From assembly GCF_009914755.1 (NCBI RefSeq), contig NC_060938.1: DNA of 64,000 nt. The stretch is one strand, 5' to 3'. How positions within the stretch are numbered: the stretch's first letter is position 1; each line of letters starts with the position of its first letter. The translations under genes and the position numbers were made by a program. This document shows positions 54,758 to 64,000 of the stretch, one piece after another. Origin of the DNA: the human T2T-CHM13v2.0 reference genome, Homo sapiens. A model generated the notes under the pieces. It was not told the origin of the DNA and made no database searches. It saw only the letters and a program-made list of their open reading frames with translations.

Positions 54758-55195
54758 CTTTAGAGTTTTTTCTCTGTGTGGCATTTTCCTCTCTGGTAAT
54801 CTGCCCTGCAAATTATAGCTGCCCTGGGATCCCTGAAGTCTGATTTTCGTCTCCTTGATTCCTAGGCTCTGTTTGGGTTACTTCTCTATGTATTATAGCC
54901 TGGAAATGGCCCCCATGCAGGAAGCCAGGGCAATCAAAGGGTTCATTTCATTTGTTTTTCTTCCCTTGGGGCTCACAGTTCTGTACTGGCTGTTACTCAA
55001 TTTCTGGAAACCATTGATTCTTATTTTGTTCAGTTTTCTAGTTGCTTAAGTGGGGAATGGTCAATCTGGTCTTGTTATTGTATAATGGTCATATGCAGGA
55101 GAAGCAGCAGAATATTTTGAGACTTGTTTTTGTTGTTTTGTATATCAAGAATTAGTTGCTTTATATTGCTATGTAATATTCCATTTGTTTGAATA

Positions 55196-55505
55196 TAAAT
55201 GCTCCTCAATTTATTTGATGGGGCATGTCTAGATAAACCCATCATAAGTTGAAAATACCATAAGTCAAAAATTCATTTAATATACCTAACCTGCTGAACA
55301 TCATAATTTAGTATAGGCTTCCTTAATACAAGTACTCAGAACACTTACATTAGCCCAGCATCATGAGAGAGCATCCTATTGCATGTTGCTAGCCCAGGAA
55401 AAGATCAAAATTCGAATTACAGTTTCTACTGAATGCCTGTTGATTTTGCGTCATCATGAAGTCAAAAACTTGTAAGTCAAACCGTCATAAGTCAGGGAAT
55501 GTGTG
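55196..55505. mobile_element. Tigger4 (Zombi)-like non-autonomous element
   Basis: atgctcctcaattt...gataaacccatcataagttgaaaata...cataagtcagggaatgtgtg; TA flanks. Confidence 0.78.
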
Positions 55506-55722
55506 TATATCTGTTTAGCAATTCTCTTGTTGGGGAATACCTGAGCTGTTTATAGTTTTTGACTATTACTAGTAAAGCAGCTGGCTGGGCACAGTGGCTC
55601 ATGCCTGTAATCCTAGCACTTTCAGTCATATTTAATGTTGTCAATCTTTTTAATTTTAGTTATTTTGGTGATGATTGATAGTATCTCATTGTAATTTAGA
55701 TTTTTATTTCCTGGAGAACTAA

Positions 55723-56052
<330 letters not shown>

Positions 56053-59000
56053 TCGTTTGCCTTTTTTATATCTCTTTTTGTGATGACTCTATTAAAATCT
56101 TATGTCCATTAAAAAAATTGAGTTGTTTGTGCTTTTACTATTGATTTGTAAAATGTTTTACAATGTGTTGAACATAAGTCCTTTGTCAGACATCTGTTTT
56201 ATGAATAATTTCTCTTGTCTGTGGCTCACTTTTTCTTTTTCTTAGTAATGTTTTTTGATGAACTGAAGTTATAAATTTTGATGAAGTCAGATTTATGAAT
56301 GTTTTTCTTTTAAGGTAATTTTTGTGTCCTATCTAAGGAACCTTTTCCTTCCCCCAAGTCACAAAGATAGTTCTCCTGTTTAGAAACTTTGTAGTTTTTG
56401 CATTTATAGTTGGGTTCCTGATCCATCTTGTATTAATTTTTATGTATGGTATACAGTACCTGTTTGGGTTTCTTTTTTGCATATGAACATTTAGTTGTAT
56501 TTGTAGAGAATACTTTTCTTCATTGGATTGCTTTCACATATTTGGTGCCTTTGTTGAAAATCAATTGACTGCATATAAGTTTAGGTCTATTTCTGTTTTC
56601 CTTATTCTGTTTCAATAACTTATTATCTTGATTACTATAGTAATTCTTGAATTAAGGTAGTATAAGTGTTCCAATTCTTTTTCTTTTTCAAGATTTCTTT
56701 TTGCATATCCTTAACATTTTAGATTCAGTTTGTCAGTTTTTACAAAAATTCTTGGTAAAAGTATAATTGATATTCTGATTGGATCTATAGATCAATGTGG
56801 GGAGAATTAAGATCTAAAATACTGAGTCTTCCACTACATGTACATGGTATGCTTCATTTATTTAGGGCCTCTTTATCTCAGCAATGTTTTGTAGTTTTCA
56901 GTGGTTTGTGTTAGACTTATTGTCATTTTTTTCCCTAAGTATTTTATGTGTGGGATGCTCTTTTCAAGGAAATAGTTATTTCAAATCTCATTTTCTATTG
57001 CTTAATCCTGGTATGTATATTTTTACATTGGGCTTGCGTGCGATGAGCTTTTCTATTTTACTTATTGAGTAGTCGTTTTTAGATTTTTTAGGATTGTTTA
57101 TATAAACAATTGTGTTAACTGCATTTAGAGACAGTTTTACTTCTCTGCCTTTTATTTCTGTTACTTGCCCTATTGCAGTGCCTTATTCCCCACCTAAGAG
57201 AGAAATCATTTAGTCTTTTGACATTATATGTCATACTAGCTGTAGAATTTTCATGAATGTCTTTCATCAGATTGAGGAAAGTTCCTTCCATTTCTAGAGT
57301 ACTGAAATTTTTGAAAAGTTATGAGTAGATGTTGAATTCTGTCAAGTGCTTTTTCTGTGTTTATTAAATATCATTTTTCTTCTTTATACTGTTAGTGATT
57401 TAAATTGATTCATTTTTATATATTAACTTTGCATTCTTGTGATAAATTCTACATGGTTATGATATATGTGAATTCAATTTGATAATATTTTTATTAAGGA
57501 TTTTTGTGTCTGTATTCATCAGGGATATGGCTCTATACTTTTCCTGTAGATGTCTTTGTTTAGCTTTGGAGTAATATAATGTTTTTATCAGTAATGCTAG
57601 CAATGGTTTTGTTAGCGTCATTGGCTTCACTTGAAAGTGGGGTCTACTACCTTATGTTTGAAAGAGTTTGTATGAAATTAATGTTTTTTTTTTATGTGTT
57701 TCTATAGGGTTCAGTAGTGAAACCATCTGGGACTCTAATTTGTTTGTATATAGGTTTTTTATAAACTCAGTTAAAAAATCTACTCAGCTTTTCTCTATTT
57801 TTTTTAGTAAGTTGTATTTTTCAAAGAATTTGAGAATTTCATCTAAAGTGTATTTGTTGACATAAAGTTGTTTATAATATTTTCTTAATTCTTTAAATGC
57901 CTATAAGAGTTACACTGCTAATTTTTAGCAAATTCCCAGCACTCTGCCTTTAATCTTGATTAGTCTAGGTAGATGTTGTTGATCTAGTCACTGAACCGGT
58001 TTTTTCTTAAACAGTTATTGAAGTATAATTTACATACAATAAAATCCACTCACATTAAGCATATGATTTAATAATTTTTTAGTAATATTAAAGAGATCTG
58101 CAACCATAATCTTGTTTTAGAATAGTTTATCACCTGCAGAAGATGCCTTGTGATAGTTGATAGTTACTTCTGCTTTCACTCCGAGCCCTAGGCAACCACT
58201 TCTCTACTTTCTGTTTCTGTATAGTTATCTTTTTTGACATTTTCTATAAATAGAATAATACAAAATGTAGTCTTTTGAGCCTAGCTTCTTTGACTTAGTG
58301 TAAAGTTTTTGTGCTTCATCCTTGTTTTAGTGTGGCTTTGTTAGACTTTAGTATGAGGATAATATTGACCCCATAAAATGTTTTGGAAAATATTCCCTTG
58401 TCCTCTGCTTTCTAGAAGAGTTTCTGAACCATTGGTATTATTTTTTCTTGAAATATTTGATGGAATTTACCAGTGAACCATCTGGTTTTGGCTTTTATTA
58501 ATGAGAGGATTTCCAAATACTGTTTCAATTTCTTTACTAATAATAAGCCTATTCACACTTCCTTTTTCTATCCCCGTTTCTTTTTCCTTCCTCTCTTTTC
58601 CCTCCCTCTCTTCCTTTCCTCCCCTTGCCTCCCCTTCCCCATTCTCCTATTCCTTTTTCTTTTTCCTTCATTCCTTGTCTTGATATTTTGAGTATTCCTA
58701 GAAATTGGTCAGTTTCTTCTAAGTTGAATTTCTGTAGGGTCAGGATCACGTTCACTCTTTTATTTCTTATTTTGGTAGTTTTGTTCCTTCTCTTTTTTTT
58801 CCCTTGGCACATCAACCTAGCGGTGTGACAGTCTTGTTGATCTTTTCAAAGAATCAACCTTGGTTTTAAGAATTTTTAAAAAATTTTTTTTGATTTCCAT
58901 TTCATTGATCTCCATTCTAATATTTATGGTTGTCCTTCTGCTTATAAGCTTTGCTCTTCTTTTCCTAATTTCTTAAGGTGGAAACTTGGGTTATTTATTT

Positions 59001-59608
59001 GAGGTCTTTCTTCTTTTCTAAAAATAGGCATTTAAAGCTATAATACCTCTACATACTGCTTTTGCTACAATAATATGTTGTATTTTCATATTCATACAAT
59101 TGGATACATTTTTAAATTTTTTCTTGTGATTTCTTGTTTGACCATGGATTATTTAGAGGTTGTTGTTCTAATTTAATTCCACTTTGGTTTGAGGGCATGC
59201 TTTGTATGATCCCAATTTTTAAAATTTACCGTTACTTATGTTATGGCCAAATATATTTTTTATTGTGGAGAATGTTCCACAAGTACTTGAAATTTTATTC
59301 TATATTTGGGAAGAATGTGTTAGATGTTAGTTACATCATGTTGCTTGATGGTTATGTTGAAGTCTTCTGTGTCCTTACAGATTTTCTGTCTAGTTTGTCT
59401 ATCAATTATTGAGTGGAGTTTTGAAATCTCTGACTATTATTGTTGAATTGTTTATTTCTCTCTCAATTCTGTCCAGCGTTGCTTCATGTATTTTGAGACT
59501 CCTTTTGTATGTTTATAATTTTTATATCTTCATGATATTGACCCTTTTATCATTATGAAATGCTTTTGTCTCTAGTAACAGTTTTTGTCTTAAAGACTTG
59601 TTTTATTT

Positions 59609-59905
59609 GCCGGGCACGGTGGCTCACACCTGTAATCCCCAGCACTTTGGGAGGCCGAGGCGGGCGGATCATGAGGACAGGAGATCGAGACCATCCTGGC
59701 TAACACGGTGAAACCCCGTCTCTACTAAAAATACAAAAAATTAGCTGGGTGTGTTGGCGGGCACCTGTAGTTCCAGCTACTCAGGAGGCTGAGGCAGGAG
59801 AATGGCATGAACCCAGGAGGCGGAGGTTGCAGTGAGCCAAGATCGCACCACTGCAGTCTGGCCTGGGTGAAAGAGTGAGACAACGTCTCAAAAAAAAAAA
59901 AAAAA
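59609..59905 (+). mobile_element. AluY with TSD aaagacttgttttattt
   Basis: ggagatcgagaccatcctggctaacacggtgaaaccccgtc is AluY-diagnostic; perfect TSD. Confidence 0.93.
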
Positions 59906-62318
59906 AGACTTGTTTTATTTTAGTACAGCTACTTCAGCTCTCTTATGGTTATTGTTTACATTGTTTATCTTGTTTCACACTTTTGCTTTCAACCTATTTT
60001 ATATCTTTGATTCTAATGTGTGCTGGATGTTTTTCATTTGGATAGTCTTTGTTTTTATAGTGTTCAAGCTATTTACGTTTAATGTTTGTTTTGTATATTT
60101 CTCATGGTGCTTTTTGTTCTTCTCTTCCTCATTTATTGCTCTTTTTTGTGTTAAATAGATATTTTCTTGTGCACATTTAAATTATTTTCTTTTTACTATG
60201 CATATTTTTAAGTGTTTTTATATTGGTTGACCTAGGGTTACAATATGCATATTGACTTATTACAATTGACTTCATATTAATACTAATTCAGTGTTAGTAA
60301 TATGTAGAATATTTAATTCTGTATAGCTTCATTCCTTTTCCTCTCCTGGAGAGTGCCATTGTCATATGTATTATATTTTATATGCTGTAAGATTAACCAT
60401 ACAGTTTTACAGGTTTTTTTTTGTAGCTGTTTTGTAAATTTGTTAAGAGGAATAAAGAGAGAAAAGTTTTTATTCAGTCTTTTAGATTTGTCTATGTAAT
60501 TACCTCTTGAGTATTCTTCATTTCTTTGTGAGAATTTGAGTTACTGCTTGGTATCATTTCCTTTTAGCCTGCAGGACATCTTTACTATTTTTACAGATTC
60601 CTCAGTCTTTACCTGGGAATGTCTTTATTCTGCCTCAGTTTTGTAGGGTAGTTTATTTGGATAAAGAATTCTTGGTTTAGTGTTTTTCTTTTAGCCGTTT
60701 GAATATATCGTTCCACTACCTTCTGACTTCTATGGTTTCTGATGCTAAGTCAGCTGTTAGTCTCATTGAGGGTCCATTGTGTGTGATAAGCATTTTCTCT
60801 TTTGCTGCTTTTAAGATTTTCTCTTTGTGTTCATCTTTCTGTATTTTTAGGGCCCAGCAGGGCTTTAACTTTACTAATTTTGTCACCCTTTTTGGGCTTT
60901 AGCATGAACTGGTAGTTTAGATTTTCATTGTGTTTTAAAAATAGTTACAGCCTGAATTTATTTTTATATGATTCCCTCAAGTTTTATATAATTTTCCTCA
61001 AGCTTTTATTGCCATGTAATTCAATAATACCTCTCTGAGGAATGACTACTTAAGCATCTTTGTTATAAGAAATGGTGATACCGTGTTAATTTTTTTGTTT
61101 TACTTCATGTTGTGGCGTTATGTACTGTTGCTTTCAGATTTTTTTCTTGCTTCATGGGATTTCATAAACATATCCCCTATAGATGTATTTACTCTATATA
61201 TGTCACATAAAAACACATATAAAAATAAGGCTTATAATAATTAAAGTATTGACTTTTCTGGAGGACTATATAATCTTAATAAGATGTTTTCCTTTTGATA
61301 AATATTGAATGATAATCTTTAAGACTAGGTAAAAGATACCATAGTATATTTAGTATTTGCATTGAGACATGTATTAGTCTCTTTAAGAGTTAATGTCTAT
61401 AAATATTTAACTCTGGACTATGTCACTGTCAAGTAATATTTTGGGCTAGAGTTCCCCACTGAGTATCTAATTTTGTTGCCTTATTCTTTTAGAAGTGTTA
61501 CTGTGAGCAATAGCCAGGCAACTGAAAGAAAGAAGGTGAGTGGGACCCAAAAAGAAGGACAAAAACAGATGGAAAGGAAATAAAATAATAAGAAATTTCT
61601 TAAACAGTGTTTGTTTTGGATAGTTTTCTTGTTAAGCACATGGAAATACTTTGCACATTTGAGAATCACTGACTTACATGCTATTTTGGAGAAACAGCAA
61701 ATCACTCATGTAATATAAACACAATTATAGATTTCTTTGCTGTAATTTTTTCATTTCTGGGGCTTACTTTTCCGTAAGATACAAAACGTTCCTTCTTACA
61801 GATCATTGCTTAACAATATATTTGGAGGATTGCAAATTTAAATTGAATGGTACAATTAATGCAATAAATGATAGATATTCAAAATTTCTGAATCCTGATA
61901 GTCTTGTTGAGTTATAGTCTGCTCTAAAGATGAATGTTACTAATGAGAATGGACTTTTTAGTATACGCCTAAAGTCAATATAATGAAGTGTTTTGAACTG
62001 CCTGTGGTCCTAGATTTCTAATATGTCTGTTGTTATACTAATAAGATCTTAAGACTGAAGAGCATTTTATAGTATTCAGTGAACTTGCATGTAAATATGC
62101 ACTGTGGATATTATTAATTCCCTTCTTTTTTTTACAGATATGATCACTAAGCACAGGTGGACAGTGGAAATCAGAGTGAGAGTATATGGCTGTAGATTCT
62201 ATAATTCTTTTTCCATTGTACCACCAGTAAGGAATTTGATACAGAAAATAATGTTAGATACTGAACAAATAATTTTTTCTTCGGTAGGAGGTCCTATATT
62301 GCTGTTGTGTATCCTTAG

Positions 62319-62622
62319 TTTCTTTCTTTCTTTTTTTTTTTAAATGGGGTGTCACTCTGTCACCCAGTGTGGAGTGAAGTGGCATGATCTCAGCTCACTG
62401 CAACCTCCCCATCTCACGTTCAAGTGGTTCTCCCGCCTCAGCCTCCTGAGTGGCTGGGATTACAGGTGCCTGGCACCACACCAGGCTAGTTGTTGTATTT
62501 TTAGTAGAGATGGGATTTCACCATTTTGACCATGCTGGTATCAAACTCCTGACCTCAGGTGATGCACCTGCCTCAGCCTCCCAAAGTACTGGAATTATAG
62601 GTGTGGGCCACCTCACCTGGCC
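62319..62622 (-). mobile_element. AluS-like SINE
   Basis: Reverse Alu arms; ttagtttcttt on both flanks. Confidence 0.88.
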
Positions 62623-63820
62623 TTATTTAGTTTCTTTAATGAAGATTATTGATATGATATGGCTGTGTAAAATAGTCTTTTTATTTCTGTATTATTGATT
62701 TTCATTTTAGAAATTAGATCCATAAATGTAATTACTTCTGATGCATGGCCTTTTATCCTTGAAATGGTAAATAACACATACTTTTTCATTGCTGTTACCC
62801 ATTCTAGCAAAGTTTCACTGTTTTATCAAAGGTATTCAAGTTATTTTCCATGTTCTGCATAGTAGTAACATGTACTTTTCCACTAGGAGCATTTGAGTTG
62901 AGAATGAGAACTAATGGGGAATAATTGTAGCCTCCTGTTACTATGTTTCATGGCACAACCAAGAGACTTTTTTCCTTGCCTTTATACAGAAGATAGGCAG
63001 AATAGCAGTGAGATAGGTGTTGGGTTTTAATGTTTGAGAGCTTCAAATTCTGGCTCTGTGAGTTATGCTTTTGGGACTTGGGCAAATAACCTTATTCATG
63101 TTTGGAATAACCTTACAGTGTATTGTTTGTGAGAATAAGATAATATAATGAAATGCTCAATCTTTGAGCAGCCTTCTTAGATGTTGTCAAATGCAAAGAT
63201 GAGTTCCTCCATGGATAACATGGTAGATTAACTTAAAAACAAGCAAATAAAAAGAAACCAAGAACAGCAACAAAGTAAAAAGAAAGAGAGTGATTAGGTG
63301 ACTGGCTCCAAATATAAGATAAACATTTCTTAAATCTGGATGTAGAATCTGCCAAAATGTTAAGTTGTCAAAAAACAAAGGGAAAATGATCTGTTTTAAG
63401 CCATAAATAGGCTAATCAGAAATAATGACATGGTCTGGTAAGAAATATTAATGACTTTTAAAGTCATTAAAGGATTACTTAAAGGATAATTGCATTTTCC
63501 AGATAACAGGGAACCTAAAACTAACTTTATTCTTTTTTGGGTTCATACTTTATGGGAATTTCTATTAAGCAGATTATCATCTAGTGAATACATGAAAAGA
63601 CAAACATTGGTCTGGTCATCAAGTAGAATTACTGGGAGCAGTAAACAAGAATGTAAAGTAAGTCAAAGCCTTGGATGAACTCATCCAAGTTAAGAAACAA
63701 TCTGGTGAGATCTTGATTAAAATTCTGCTGTTAAAGAAGCTGCTTAAGTACTTATGAATTTGTACTTCTTTGTACTACCATGGTGATTAATGTCAATGCA
63801 TTTTTCTCGGCAAGGATACA

Positions 63821-64000
63821 CAGGCATATCTGGTTTTCTTTTGCTTTTCTTTATTGTGCTCTGCAGATACTGCGTTTTTAAACAAATTGAAGGTTTCTGG
63901 CAACCCTGTATGGGGCAAGTTTATCAGCACCATTTTTCCAACAGCATATTCTCACTTTGTGTCTCTGTGTCACACTTTGGTAATTCTCACAATATTTCCA
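63821..64000 (+). mobile_element. Tigger1 5' end, cut by the window end
   Basis: caggcatatc...ctgcagatactgcgttttt...caccatttttccaacagcat aligns to the reverse complement of 1850-2028. Confidence 0.9.

Overview
This is primate (human-like) genomic DNA, AT-rich and dominated by transposons. The whole window lies inside the MNAT1 gene (MAT1, CDK-activating kinase/TFIIH assembly factor) on the + strand. Five internal coding exons (exons 2-6; 153, 74, 104, 141 and 126 nt) have AG/GT boundaries and splice into one continuous frame covering the RING C-terminal half, the coiled coil and the following linker. Exon 1 and the last two exons lie outside the window. The introns hold about 20 Alus or Alu fragments, a full-length decayed L1PA7-like LINE on the minus strand with a target-site duplication (TSD), older L1M/L2/MIR fragments, several solo LTRs (MER4A-, LTR27/28-, MER21-, MER52- and LTR16/33-like, plus MLT1) and DNA transposons (two Tigger1, MER58A, Tigger4). 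Almost all ORFs in the supplied track are repeat-derived or chance ORFs. I found no support for a new multi-gene system. The best leads are smaller. They include a candidate cryptic exon whose consensus 5' splice site was created by a repeat mosaic in the L1 tail, and a sense LTR with a polyA signal just after exon 5. There is also a motif-dense, TE-poor stretch in intron 5 (candidate enhancer), several templated direct or inverted micro-rearrangements, and inverted repeats bracketing the exons. Repeat subfamily names come from recalled consensus sequences and need RepeatMasker/Dfam confirmation.
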